Source: Tubulanus polymorphus
Taxonomy: Eukaryota > Animalia > Nemertea
Reading direction: 5' to 3'
Length of the DNA stretch: 64,000 bases
Assembly (NCBI RefSeq): GCF_964204645.1
Contig: NC_134031.1
Span: 7,688,001 to 7,752,000 of the forward strand
Shown: positions 40,501 through 55,200 of the stretch, piece by piece
Layout: every line of letters starts with the position of its first letter
Numbering within the stretch: position 1 is the first letter of the stretch
Made by a program: the position numbers and the translations under genes
The notes under the pieces: model-generated
The model's database searches: none
Told to the model about the DNA's origin: nothing
The model's input: the letters and a program-made list of their open reading frames with translations, nothing else

Positions 40501-43500
40501 TGCGAGGGTATCTGGGCTCTTCAAACTTTTTATGAAATCCATTTGCGACCTCAACACAATGGGGCATTGATCTCTGATTTTTCATGTAGCTTCATTGTGT
40601 ATTATGGATAAATACCATTTGTAAGCAACATATGGTCACTCCACTTTATTGACCATTTTAATATTTGATGATAGCATTTGAAGCTTTACAGCGAGTACTC
40701 TTTCAGTAAATTACTTATATGTTGCAGTTTCCAGGTCTTATTCCCCATGTGGTAGAATTTCACTATCAATATGTAACTACTCTATTCCCCATTAGACCAG
40801 GATTTTCGAGTAGTTTCAACGATACCCCGGCTAGATATCAATCGGTTCGACTTATTTCCGATATCTGAGCGCAATTTCAATGCGATTTTGTTACTGAAAC
40901 CACTTGTTTTTTGTCTCCATCATCGGGGTCGCCTACAACTCTAGATTACAAGCGACCATCGGCGATCAGTTGCTAGTAGAAGCAATGCTGTGGTTTCGGT
41001 TTTTCGGTTTTTGTTACTATTTTATTACGAGAAATACTGATTTGATTCATTTGATGCACACAGAAATATGAGAGATGTTACTGAGGATCTTACTGTTGAT
41101 TACTGATGAATTTGCTACTTGATTGCACTTTTCAGAGGTTGGCAGCCGTGATTATTGGAACAATGAAACGGCTTGATTTTAGCAAAAAATTTCAATTGAC
41201 GTAAAAAATTAAAGAATACCCATTGCAGCAATTTCCAATTATCAAGTTATATTTAAGAAAACTGAAAAAATTGATATTCAAAAACAGCATTCACGAGATT
41301 TGAACCTGTAGCACGGATCGCGTGATGGCAGTACAGCCACAATTTGGTGTTCACAATCACTATAGCTGTGATCACACGGGGATGATTTGGTCCGCGCCAA
41401 ATTGGCGCTGATCAGACCCTGAGTCAAGTTTGGCCAAATTAGTAAGCGTGTTCACACGTAGGATACTTAATAATGTTCAAACTAAGCGAAAGGAGTCATT
41501 TCTGGAGCCAGTTACAATTCACATGCAATAATTTTACCAATGCTAAAATTCCATTTGGGCCTGCTGATCTGACGTTTTTGGTCAGGCCAAATGTGGCCTT
41601 CCAAACAAGGCACAGGCATATTTCATTGCGTATGTTCTGGGCATAATTTGGCTTAGGCCAAACAGGCACAGGCTCATTTGATACCCATGTGAATGGTTGT
41701 TCTGGGCCCAATATGGCATGAGCCAACACAAGGGGCTACCTCAGCCGAGCTTAAGTCTGTCCTTGACTTTGTGAAAATGATTCTCCTAGTTGCCAGGTGT
41801 GGGTGATTTTTCTAGAACGTATTTAAAACTCTGTTCTCTTGAGGCAATTTGTTTGGCTTCAACTGTAGCACAATTCAAAGTTAGATCTTGACTTGTTCAG
41901 TTTATGTGTGAATATTCTCCATTCGTGGTTAAAATCATTATGAAACAAGAAAGTAACAATATTGTCAGTTTGATTTTGTTTTCCATGCAGTTCCATGCAG
42001 TATCCAATAGTGGATGGCTCTCAGAATATCAATAGCGGACTTGGTTGACACTAGCTAAGAACATATCTATCATAGCTTTATTTCGGGTAACTGCATTTTC
42101 ACAGTTTTCAGGCGCCATGTTTTGGGCACCCGTCGGATCCAAATTGCAGATATTTTTCTCAATATTTTTTTTCAATTTATTTCTTTTAATTTCATCCATA
42201 ACTCTGGATTGGATTAAGATTAAATAAAAGAAATATCATCAAAAAGATCAGTTGAAAATTACCTTCTTCGTGATAACGCATTATATATTATATATATATA
42301 TATTAGAATGTACATGTATTTTACATAAAGAATGCACTCTGGTTAGATCTTTGCAGATTATCACTGAAACCTTGCTTCCCTCAGTAGCCTTACTGGTATC
42401 CGATTACCTAAGTCATTGAATATCACCAGGGCAATTTGGTCTTCTTCAGGGGTTGGTAAACTTTGTTTCTGTTCCAAGTGAACTGTCTAGAATCTAATAT
42501 CGGCGGGTTCATGAGGGAATTAAGAAATCTGAAAAACTATTTCCTTGCGACTCGTCCATGATGCCACCTTGCTGTTTGATTCCGGTAGTAGAGGCTGCAT
42601 AGTTTTGCACTGAAACAATGATAGTCAAACAGTTCATACCCGGTTACATATATTCATACATAATTTAGAAAGTGATACTTGCGTAATTGTTCTCGCTTAC
42701 TGTAATCTTTAGACTTCAAGCTACAATTTTTTTCGTTTCCAGCAAATTATGGTAGTATATGATGATCTAGGCTATTTTATTACCGGGCGCGAAAAAAGAT
42801 ATGAAAGTGAATATTCTAGTGGAATTAGCCACCATTGAAGTCGGGTAGCGGAGCAATTTTCTCTTGTAATTGAAAGATGTTTGGCCGTTTGTTTTTTTTT
42901 TTCGTCGTGTGAAAGATGTCAGCGACTGCGTCAGATTTAGAAAAGCATCTCTAAACACATCACCGTGTCGATTGGCAATAATTCGTCACCTAGCAACAGA
43001 ACTGGCAGCAGGCGGCTGCAGCGTCGTCGGATGGATGTGTGTTATCAAGCTAATGCGTATAATTCAAACTAAAAAGCGAAAATGTTGCCATATGCATTAT
43101 GTGAAATTCTTGGAATTTCTCCGTTGGGTGACTATGCAATTCATTCACCAGGACAGTAAAACTTTTTAGTTGCATACATATTTGATGATAAGGGGCTCTT
43201 GAAAGAATTTTTTTATCTGTTCAACTGAATGTGACAAATGCCCACACTATATTGATCTTAACAAGTGGACTCATTTCTGAATTAACTTGTCTACGACACT
43301 ATTTTGTCACATTTTTCACGATGTGATTATTGTAACTGATTTTCTTTATTGGTTTTTCTTTTTCTATCTCGATTACATATAATCGTCATTTTCTTAATAC
43401 ATAGATAAATGTTTTGTTAGACTTGATAGAATCTGATAGTTGAAAAATCCATCTGCCTCTTCAACAGTTGCTTGCTGGTTGAACGATCTAAAATCGATCA

Positions 43501-43971
43501 ATTTTATGTCGATTGTATTGTATTCAATCTTACTTCTCACTAAGCTGACAAACCATGTTTTTTTTTCTTATAAACCTAGCCCAGTTGAAAATGTCTCTAG
43601 GTCAAAATTCGTTTTTCAAACAAAAATCAATCGGAGTGACGGAGGGAGAATGAGGGGATAGGGAGAGAGGAGTGTGTGGCGTGTGTAAGAGAGGGAGAGA
43701 GAATCTGTGACACGAAGGCAAGAGGATAACATGAACAACGCATATACACGCTTGCACTCACTGAGTGTACAGTAAAGCTATCGGTGACACTGTTGTCAGC
43801 TGCGAAATCGGTCTATTCTAATCGTTATAGAAATAACCGCGAATGTCAAGGAATATGGATGCAAATGAGGTATGTAATACTTACTGACGGGCGGTCATGA
43901 TAACGATGTAGTAGTCGGTCGGTATATCATAGATTTATGAAAGACTGGATGTGAGATGTTTTTCATAGGCG

Positions 43972-44003
<32 letters not shown>

Positions 44004-46733
44004 GAAAGGGATAGAGAGAATGAGATGAAGAAGAGTGGGACGGAGGAATATGGAGGGAGAGGACAAGAGAAAGTGGGATGGAATTGATTGAAAGGGGAGA
44101 GAGTGAAAGTACATGAGAGATGGTTTGAGGGTGGAAACGGATAGCGAATCAATCTCGAATTTACCATTGATGATGAGCCGTAATTTGTAAATAGGAGATT
44201 TCTTGTTTGGTACGTTTCATTTGTGCCATGATGGATGGAGTCGACATCCTGAGAGTATATATAGTTCAGTCTCAGCCTGTGTGTTCAAATTTGAGTAAAT
44301 TTTTCATCGGCGGAAAACGTTTTCTTGATTCCATAGGATTTTAATTTCATCCACTATACAATAGGTTTAATCTTTCGAATATACATGTAGATTTTAACAC
44401 ACATGATATGCTTTTCTGAAAAAAGGTAGTGAAGAGTGGAGTCGAGTGAAGACGTCCTCATTTTTCTTCGCCATCTTTTGATCGTTGAAGATCGAGAAAT
44501 TACCGAAGTATGCGTGTTTCTATGCATTCTGTCTTATATTCTGCAACACCATGCGACATAATTCAGGTTTTATCTGTTGCTGTGATTTGATGTAATTATT
44601 TCAGCTTTATCTTAGATTGCATGCGTTACTAAAGCAGGTAGTTTGTCATCGATTGACTGGCACTCTACTGCAGCCTTGGAGTTGTCGCGTTCTACTGCGG
44701 GTTGTATTGGCTCAGGCTCTCGAGAAACGATGATAATAATAATAGTAATGATAATAGTCATGGTTCACTGCTCATCTGAATTTAAGCCCAGTTGATCTAT
44801 CTCCGTGAATTTGATGAAGTGGTATGGCTTTATTCAGCATTGGATGGTCAGATAAGATATCTGATGATTATAAATCAAAAATCTGAAAATCGCTAGAAAT
44901 AGGTTGAAGTGAAGCACTATTCTGCATCTGCCATACCCCTCAACACAGTGGCCACTACGTACTACTGGGGCCAGTTGCTCAAAAGTTGGTTAGAGATAAC
45001 CGATGGATAAATACCATAGTAATGTCACCACGTCAACTATCTATCCATTAACTCTTACCAACTTTGAAGGCCCCTGATTTTCAGTATTTGTTGATATTAT
45101 GTCCTGAGAAATACTGATTAGGTCCTACAGTGATCTACAGTCTGTCCGCCATTTTCCCAGAATGATAATTCTAGTGTCATTTGATCTAAGAACTTCAAAT
45201 TCAGTGATTTCGTATATATAACAAAATATCTTTTTTTGCCAAATCACGCTTTCTTTGCCAAATTACATATTTGTGCTTGTTATCGAAGTCCAAGTGGGAA
45301 ATCTTCAATTGTCTTCATGTTTAGTGAGTATATGAATTCTCAAAGACTCTTCTTCCGATATGAACTAGGGCAATGAGATAATTTTTGGCCATCTTCAATG
45401 ACCTGTAGTTCAAACATATTGGATTGAAATTTGCTGAGGACTTATCAAAACACGGGATATCGGACTCATTTTTGGAATAGGCCGTTTTTAGCGCAATTAG
45501 CAGCCATCATGGTCATTTCTTCAAAATTGTTGGTGGAAGTCAATATCGTGTAAGCTGCTACATGGTTTTACCAATTTGCCCTTGACATTATACATTTGAT
45601 TGTATTCCCCTTAGAAATTTTGGTCAAAAACCGGTTCAAGCTTCACCTAGCTGCATAAACTGTTTGCATCGTCTATCGTACTACTGTTTGTGGGGACCTT
45701 CATGTCTTCTCAGTTTTCTTGTTTGAATTGCTTGATACACATGTAAGGAAAATGTAAATGTCTTGTCCTTGACTACTGATTCATATAAACTTAATATTCT
45801 CTTTCATATTCCAAAATGTTACTGAAAACATTTCACTTTGGCTGCTAAACACATAGAGTTGAGCTTGGCAGCCCTAGAGATATAAAAGACAAGACCAGCT
45901 GAAAATTATTGTTTCAAAGTATGAATTCATTCTATGGAATGGAAGATATTGTGGGTTGATACAATTAGCTGATGTACAACGATTGATGTAACACGATGTT
46001 GTCCATATGATCTAAAACCCCACATTAAGAATAAAAAGAGTCCACAATGTTTCCTTGAACTAATGAATCATTCTGACTACATCCTAATAATCGTCTTCGG
46101 GAATACTTCCTAATACTCACCTTCAGTATTACTGAAGATGATCACTATTAGGATATAGTCGAAATATTGAATAAATCATTAGTAGCTCAAGGAACAATTT
46201 CCACTCTATTTATCCTCAGTGTGAGATTTTGTGTTAGCTGCTATATGGTTTTGTTAAATGGCTAACGGAATTTGATTGATTTTACCTTAAATACTCTTAA
46301 AGTTTTGCTCGGATCGAAAATTGAATAGTCGAAGAAAAAACAGCACGCAGGAGTATGAAACTTTTTGTTCTCTAAGAATTCATTTCTAATTTCTGGGAAA
46401 GATTTTGTTGCATTTCAGTATACTTTACTGTAGTCATGCTCATTGAAATCGGTAATCATTACATGTACACCTGTACGTATTCCCAGAAACCAGTGTGTGT
46501 TTCATCAGATTTTTTTAGCTCCTAAAACAAAGCATCTACTATGACTTAGTGTCATTTTAGGGTTCAACTGCATTGATCTGGGAGATGATTTGAAATTCTC
46601 TCCCCGGTGTATTGTATATTGGGCACACGGCTACAGTGCATCTACACCACGGTGCGGTGTATCGTTAGTTACTAGAAATTCAACAGTTGCAAGGTGCATC
46701 ATCGATTTATACACAACTATGCAGTGTAGACTG

Positions 46734-47092
46734 CAGGGGCAGATGCAGGGACCACTGTCGAGGGTAGCACAACTTATAAAAAGGGCATTTTTAAATAAAA
46801 ACGGCATTTTTAGATTAAAAAGGGCATTCTGAAATTTTGAAAATCTGCTTTTTAGCTGCAATTTCCAAGCAATTAAAGTCCTGACACGAAGTGCTTTCTA
46901 GCAAATTAACTGCAGATGTAGTTTCCAGGTAATAAAGACAAAATCATGAAGAATTATGTGCTCTTTGTTTGAAATTATATACCTCGTCTTGTAAAACAGT
47001 GCCCTTTTCTACTTTGGGCATGAAAAAGAAGGGCATGAGATTTTCGCAACGGTAGCATGTGCCTACGGTGCTACCGTCATAATCCGCGCCTG
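46734..47092. mobile_element. hAT-like MITE nested in a piggyBac-like MITE copy
   Basis: CAGGGGCAGAT...ATCCGCGCCTG with near-duplicate flanks GACTG/GGCTG; the host repeat resumes afterwards. Confidence 0.6.
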
Positions 47093-47946
47093 GGCTGGGG
47101 TGTAGACAGGAATACTGTAGACAGTCTGAAAGAGAAAAATTGAATCATTTGATGGCAGGAACATCATACACAAAGCTGCTTTGTTACCATTTTGCCAGAA
47201 GTGAAATCCATTCAGAACTTGCAAAATCTACCTGTTACTGGTCAGGATTCGACAATTCATTGAGTGATTTAAATCTCGTACCTTTTCCTTGAACTGAAAT
47301 CACTAAAACCAACTTCTGCATTTAATTGATTTTGCTCAGTCAAAATTTGATTGAAGAGTGATCTCAGCTCATTTCATGTTTAGTTTCTAAAGCTAATCTA
47401 TGAGATATAGATGGGTCTTAGGTTTCAGGCCAATTTTAGACCGAAAGAATGAATGACTTCACAACTAGCCCATGTGCCTATAAATGGAGTGCAAAATTAT
47501 TCAGGTTTCTCAGATGGTTTCTGTTGTTGGGATGTTTTGATATTCCCCCTACGATGAATTATAACATCAAGATATCAGACAGTGACTAGCGATTGAGGGG
47601 CCGAAATATTCAGCCGTCAACCGATGGGGATGCAGTGACTTGGCAACTGGACAGAAATTCACCGATTCTAAGAATCGAGCATGTGGAACTATATCCGAAG
47701 CATTGGTACACGATCGTTTTTCGACCGACAGCTTAACCACTCGGTCACTGTTCCCTGTCAATTCCTGATTCTTTGAGCATGGATCTTTGACATGTCAAGG
47801 TTTTTTGATTAGAGGAATTGGCAGTCGTCTTTGTTTAGTAAGAGTCCTCATTCGTAGATAGAAAGGGGATTTTTGAGGAAGATATCAACACCTTGCACTT
47901 GAAGTCTTTATATTTAATGATTGTTTGCGTCTATCTACTAATCTAA

Positions 47947-48495
47947 GCAAATTTGGTAACCACAATCAATTGACATGCTCTATGATTGTGGTGAGATTCA
48001 AGGCAATTGATTTCTGGATATGTGAGTGAGCGGTGTAGGCGAGTGGTTAGAGCGTTCGACTGTGGGCAGAGGTCATAGGTTCGAACCCCGTACATAACCG
48101 TAGTGTGCCCGCGCAAGACATCCTCATAGATGACTCTTGAGCGCCAGCAGCTTGTCATTTCTCCTCAGGAGAGATCACTGATAAATAGTTAGAGTTATAG
48201 GCTGGGAGTAATAATACCGATTTGATGAAAAGCACCATTGAACATTGTATCACAGTGAAAAGGGCGCTATAGAAAGTAAATTACTATTACTATTACTTTG
48301 ATATATTCTCCAGGGGGCGTTTGATAGCTGGATGACATGGTATTTCCATATATATCGGTACCTATGCATATTTTGTAACCACAATCAATTGCGAAGTTGT
48401 TGCTCATGACATGTTTAAATTAATTTTCAAGGCCATTGGGTTGGTTTCTTCATCAAAATTGTTAGATTTCCAAGTGGGCATATTCCTCCCTAGAC
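47947..48495 (+). mobile_element. Diverged HINE-like fragment interrupted by a SINE
   Basis: Unit motifs GTAACCACAATCAATTG and CCAGGGGGCGTT and the terminal TTCCAAGTGGGCAT flank the SINE. Confidence 0.7.
48028..48296 (+). mobile_element. tRNA-derived SINE
   Basis: A-box-like GTAGGCGAGTGGTTAGAGCG, B-box GGTTCGAACCC (48078-48088), and 3' tail GCGCTATAGAAA...(TTACTA)n. Confidence 0.8.
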
Positions 48496-49949
48496 TGCCT
48501 ATTTATATTGTGGCCTTGTGCGCAGCATGTACGGCCAGTTATATTCTCTGGCCAGCTGATAATCTCGGATGTTGATTTCGATTGGTAAAACAATATAGTT
48601 GGAAATAATGATTAGTTTCAGAGGTACGGTATATTTTATTACATAGGTTTGCTTAACACATATGAAAAAGAGATAGAATTTCACGCATTTGCCACTGATC
48701 GATAAGAGATGTGCTCTAAAAACTGGAAACGCGTTTGCAGCTGAATGACTCATAATATAATACAATGTGCTTATTCGCTGAACCTCAAACTCAATGCTTT
48801 AGATACGGTAGAATAATTCAGAGTTAAACGATCCCCATAATTCGCAGGTGTTGTGTCAAGTGGAGTGTAAGAATGACAGAAACAAAAAAAAATTCATTCA
48901 AGCCTTTAACCCCTTTCATTGCTGACTAAATACCCGAAAGTGCTGGAGATTGAAAAGTAAATCTTTTAAGATTCCACCCCAGTGTGTTGAATAACAGGCA
49001 AACCACTACAGTGTATCTACACCATGGTACAGTGTATCATTAGTTCACTATGTTTGATAGGAGCTGCCATCTTTCAATATCGATAAAAACTAATTACTTA
49101 TAACATCAATGCACCGTGAAGCAGTGTACTAGTTGCCCATCACCGATTTATACACTGCATTGCGGTGTAGACATGCTTAAGGGTTGAATTTGTGAGAAAA
49201 AAATATGTTATTACTTAAAAATCATTGATAATGGTAAAATATGATGTCATGCGTTATTTCACGAAATCGTGATAATGTATGATTCTAGTATTTGACAAAA
49301 GATCTTCACTGGGCAGTTGTCAAAACTACTGATAAATATTTGTTGCTACGATTTTATACATAGCTATATCGGTGATATTATACATAGCTCTATCATTTCA
49401 TATTTTATGTCATAGTATGCTGGACAATCCAAATACTATCGGTGTTGGGCTGGCAGCCAGTGTGTCTTATAATTGCCATTCAATCGCTCTCATCTGGACG
49501 TTCAACGTCATAATTAAATCAACATTTATATAAGTTGTTTACAACATCTGAGCTTGGAACTTGTATTGTTAACCTTAGTTTTAGGAAGATTATCTTGTCT
49601 TTATCACTGTTTATTATCGTCAATTATTAATAGTCATTATGTTTTTAAAGGGGTCTGAACATTCATATTGATGTGCAACCTACTCAGCTCTTTCAGGCTC
49701 CTATCATCGATTTCCTGTAGTCTTCATGTATATTTTATGATGTAAATTTTCTTTGATACGAGATGAATTATATTGATTAGGTATTACTCTATTACCAAAA
49801 TATCAATTTGAAAAAATTCGAGGGATATATCATTGATTACGGCAAAGCCAGGTTCATAGACTGGATGATTAGCTAACCTCTGGTACATTTACCTAGTCTG
49901 ACCTGGCTATTTCTTTTGATGCACTGTGCCCCAGGAATATTATTGACAT

Positions 49950-50273
49950 CAGGGTGACCACGATTCTGGGGAACACAGGGAATTCGATAAAATGTGGTAA
50001 ATATCTGGGGAAAAAACAGGGAAATGGTGTAAATTTTTCACACAGATTATGTTCTTCATCTCTGTCACCAGAACACTACAACTTAAAAATCTTCCATTTC
50101 ATGTGGTTAAGCCTTAATTTCTGTAAAAATATTTCAGCTGAATGTCGAAATATTTACTGGGCTAGCTTACTACTGGATCTGTCAAGATAACCACTCTCTG
50201 GTGTTTCCTACTGCAGTTCAGAACACAGGGGAAATCCAGGGACTTAGCAAGTGGACTGATTGTGGTCACCCTG
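49950..50273. mobile_element. hAT-like MITE
   Basis: TIR CAGGGTGACCACGAT / ATTGTGGTCACCCTG. Confidence 0.65.
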
Positions 50274-52024
50274 ATTGAGTCGAATGAGCATGTTGTTTTA
50301 TTTTCCCATAAACAATGCGACTACCTTACATGTGGTATTCAAAAATAGTTTAAAAGATCTTCATTGTAGATATTGTTATAATTGTGGTATGATCGTAAAT
50401 GGCATTGTGAAGTTTTGAATAAGTATAATGTCTGAGTACAATGAAATAGAAAATCTCTCCGTCGTTATTACTAATGAGAGAGGGAGAGAGTCAAAGCAAG
50501 TCGAGATAATTAATTTTCATAAAATCAATTGTATGATTGGATTGGATGTGTGGTATATCTAAATGGGTTTGTCGTATAGCCATCTGTTCAAACTGTGTTA
50601 ACCACGGTGGTGCGTTACAACTCACTCGATCAATGCCTAGTGCCTGGGGCTACAAAGCTTTGTTATAGCCCAGCTTGTTAGCTACCCAGTTGCACACGGG
50701 TCCGGTTACTGGAGTTCGAAAATGGACCAAATTGGCCATGACTGGTCTTAGATCCGAGTCATTCATGATTTGCAACTGCGCCTAGAGGCTGGTTTTCAGA
50801 CACGACCAAGTAACACGTTCGTTATCAACCAATCATCTTAATAATGAGTACCGCCAACTGCTGTGGCGGTCAAAGCGTTATGAATGTAGATACTGCTGAA
50901 TAGATTTTATCATTGCCTGGAAGTGCAAATAAATATACATAATCAATAATAATCTGCTCCCTATTAGATTAAACTTTTCATGCAGATGATACCACTGCCC
51001 CTTTTCTTTTTATCCCCAAATAGCTCACCTTATTTTTTATCAATGATATTTTTTTGACACTGTAAAAGTCCTTACAATAATGGTTATATGCATTGATACC
51101 TAGTATCAAAAGTATATGTATGCTAGTATACGTAAAGGGGTTCTCTATGTCATCAATATCAGCGTTCAGATTAATAACAGTTACAATTATGAATTTTGGC
51201 GTTTATTTTGAAATCAAACATATTTCATAACTCTTTTCATATTTTTCATAAATTTTGATAATTATTTTTTAGAGGACGTGCATCATCAATATATCAGGGC
51301 TAGACTGGTTGCCGGTCAATTCAATTATCAACATATTCAAATACAAAATAACTCTATTGTTCCTTGATAGTATATGATTTATACTGTATAATTTATTGTT
51401 AAAAATATTAAGCAATATATGAGTTATTTTTCAAGGCATCAATAAACTTTCAAGTTAGTTTTCTTGTTCTCATTGTGTTTGAAATTGAAAATGCCTTGGT
51501 GTAATACGTCTTGTCTTATTACTCCAAGTAAAATACATATGTATGGTGTGTATAGCCTATTGTGCATGCACAGACTTCCATTGGTCATATTCATCACTGG
51601 CAACTTCACTGGTGTTTCAACCATTTTAAAACCTAGTGCACAACAAAAAGTGTTGCAATGATTCAGTTCGCCTGCTGTCGCACTAGGGTAAACATGTTTT
51701 GGAGCAAAACGAAGTTCAGTCACAAAACTAGCCAGAAAAGCATTGTTTCTGGTTTGTCTTGCTGTGCGCACTAGACACAATCTGGAACTTTCAGTTTGCA
51801 TACGTGAATATTAATCCGACCGAATTTGAAGATCAGTTCTGTACATGAAGAAAGTTACAGTATCCAAAAGCATTTTTGAAGCCACGTTTTGGTTTGATGG
51901 CTCCGAGAATCACCATTCGGAGCCATCCATTTCCCTGGTATCGTCTAAGAATGACGAATGCGAAAACTTTGCATTTGGGTTATATCATCGAATACTTATG
52001 CGTTTGATTTGCATTTCGTTACAG

Positions 52025-52225
52025 GCAACCCGACTCGAGGACCAGCGTAGCAATATCCAACCGGAAACGTCGACGGCCGTCATCAAGCAAGCGCCGACCG
52101 TCCCCGACGAGGATTTCTTTAGTTTGATACAGCGCGTACAATCGAGCCGATTAGAAGAACAACGAACTGAAATGCCGCCGCCGTTAAAGCCTATCAAAAA
52201 GAAAAACAGTAAAAAGAAGAAGTAG
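52025..52225 (+). CDS. GPSM2: GPSM2 homolog last coding exon, rest of GoLoco 3 and GoLoco 4
   Basis: ATRLEDQR...PTVPDEDFFSLIQRVQSSRLEEQR...KKKK*; TTACAG acceptor. Summed exon lengths give 1845 nt with the short linker exon, divisible by 3. Confidence 0.93.
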   Translation, partial: ATRLEDQRSNIQPETSTAVIKQAPTVPDEDFFSLIQRVQSSRLEEQRTEMPPPLKPIKKKNSKKKK

Positions 52226-55200
52226 ATGCGACCGCCGTCGTCGCTCCTTGTGACAATCCGGACATATGCAAAAGAGTATTTCATTCATCTTCAAATCGAT
52301 CTGCTATATGTACGTATGTAGCAATCACTACACGCGATTGCAAGAGCTAACCGAGAATCCATCTATGGACGATGATACAACAGAAATGATAATCGTTGAT
52401 TGATACCGGTGTTCGGGTTTACGTATTAGTGTCGGGCGATATTGCTTAGATCTTGGTTTTCCACGTGATAGCAGCCGGAGAGACGCAGACATATTCGAAT
52501 ATCTTGTCGTTAGAATTTGCCAACTCGTTACTATGGCAATCGTTTCTATCTGCGGTGGTGGAACCGCCGAGTTCAAAAGAATTTTCGTGCGCGCACGCGA
52601 AATCATCTTAATCATCTAGCGAATATTAGATATGGCGTAGCGCCGTGTTATCTACGGCGCTTTTTCAAATTTCATCGAAACGTAGTCTTAAGTAATAATC
52701 GACGCGATATAATTGCTTATTAAATCCTAATACACACACGCATGCCATACAGCTGGCAGCCATTTTTACTAAATAATGCTTGGGCGTTATGAATTCGCCT
52801 TTTACGTGATGAATTGATGGAAATTTCCCATCGAAAGCGGCGACGTTCTGATGGCACTCAAAAGACTTTCGCTGTGATCTTCACCGCGAAACGACACGTA
52901 TAAAGGCAACTTGCCACTCTTAGCGAACCCCGGGGGGATTTTCAGACGATGCCGTATTTGAAAATGAAATTCATCGAGGGCTGGTAGATGCAGCAGTCAG
53001 AAGCGGTAACATTTCGAATGAGAGGAGGGCCGAGCGGGGTTATTATGTGATACTGGCATTCATATCCATATGTTTGTTGCTCATTCCTATGATGACGCTG
53101 GGATTTAGTTGAAAATAAACTTGAATTGTATACACGCATAGATTTTAATTCGCATTGGTGATTGGGAAAAGAATTAATGTCCCATACCAATGGACGTATT
53201 TCCTAAGCTATGGTTTTAGATTTAGCCATTTGGTTACGGGGCACCGGTACACCAGCTATCATACCAAATGATCTGACAATCGCATGGTTACGATTGTAAA
53301 TTGTTCATTTTTTTATCAAGGCAGTTGGCATTCATGATGACTGACTGGTGGCCATATTTTTTGTAAAATGGGCATTCTGGGGTATCGGTGACCCTAATTT
53401 GCGAACTATCTTTTGAAGAAGAAATTAGTTTTTTGCAGCTGGTCCGATTGATTTTATCACAATTTCTCAAAATTTGTTGTGGATATCTCATAAGGTCTTA
53501 GCTGGATTGTTCAGGACTGTTCAATACCATAGAATTACTAGCATAATTGAAAAATTAAGTTTATGATTAAATCTTGAATTCTATCTTTCCTCAAAACAGG
53601 TTTTCTCACAGAAAATAAATATACCGGTAGTCCCTATATCAAGTTTATTTTCCTATGGATACACATATATCCATTCCTTCATTCCTGTATGGAGTGTTCA
53701 ACAAGTGTTGGTAGAATGTCTGGATATCTATATTTACTTTTGACACATCTGCACCCAAAATTTGGGCCAATCAAGGGTACCTATTGCAATACAAATGGAA
53801 TAAATTTAAGTGCTATGGTTTCCAGATAAAAGGCTGTTTCATTTTTTTTTGTCGACATCAATATAACCCACAAATTGTGTTATTTCCTGAATACTACACG
53901 CTGGACGTAGTGCCACCTTGGGCTCTTGTTGGAGTTTACCTAGGACATTCACTAGTTATAGAAAGTTTGAATATAATTTTGATTATATTTTATTATATAA
54001 CCGAGCATCTCAATTAATGGAATAAGATATTGTCGAAATAGATCTGAATGTTAAGCTGGTGCCTCGTACCCGAATGATTTTTTTGAATGGCTAAATATTT
54101 CATCCCTTTCTAGAATTGAAATAGCCAGACAAGGTATGATTCTACTTAGAACCTCTGAAGTAAAGTTTTGTTAAAACACCTCTGGAATGAGAGAAATGAT
54201 CTTTTCGGTTTGAATACAAACTGTAGTTATACTGTCTTCCGATAGACAAATCAACATCCGAATCGTCTCAGTTTTGCGTCGTACTTCCATTACTGATCAC
54301 CGACGACGATGCGTCTTTGCCGTGTGCCGCTGTAGTATCTGTGTATATTAAACTTCGTAAAACATGAATATCGTTACGGAAAACTTCGTTTCGTGTTGTA
54401 GTCAATCGTGCTGTCGATGATTATCCGGGTACTTTTTTTGCGACACCGGGTACTTATTGTATGTGATGATAGATCAGCTTTCTGGGTAATGTCTGCCTTA
54501 ATAAAAGAGATAAACGGGTAAATTGTCAAATACTGTCGCAGACCCTGGTAGCATGAAGTATATGATCAAAGTTCACCACCATGTGGTGTTTAAATTATTG
54601 TGGTTAAGCTATTTTGCTGTTTTTGCTATATTTGAATGCTAACAAAAGTTTCAATATTTAAAATATTGGGTACCTCCCAGATCCGAAGTGGTATATGTGG
54701 GGCTAAAATTTCATTACTTATCAAAATTAATGTATTGACCGTAAGATAGTTCTCATTAGCAACTACCTGTGCTAAGAAGTTGTTCGACACGTTCACTGCC
54801 ACTGTTTCTTCCCTGTTGCTACTACCAGTTATCACGTAGTTGACAAGAGATCGACTACATAACCAGTCATTCAAAATCGAACAATGAGCATTGAGAATGA
54901 AACCAGAATTTGTTCACATCGCCAGCCAATCAGGAACTGTGTCATTCCGATTACCAGAATGCGTGTATCAAACAAATGAATATAAAGGATCAGCTACGGG
55001 ATAACTTGCAGCGGCAATGATGGCAGAACCAGAACTACGAGATATCTCGGTAGTTGGCAGCGAACTTGTTAAATAATTATTTGAGTTTTAGCGAAAAGTT
55101 ACATATTTATATTTACATATACCCGGGTTTCACTAGCAGTATTTGTCAAGTAAGAATCAATCATCTGTGAAACTTAAGCATTTGTATTTTCATCAAAAGT

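Noticed and set aside
42743-42838. Strong-looking acceptor TTTTTCGTTTCCAG followed by a short frame or 9-nt microexon
   Set aside because: Weak donor, no protein similarity; not distinguishable from chance without RNA data.
48028-48100. tRNA-like sequence
   Set aside because: Has A/B boxes but no proper cloverleaf, and continues into a SINE body and simple-repeat tail.
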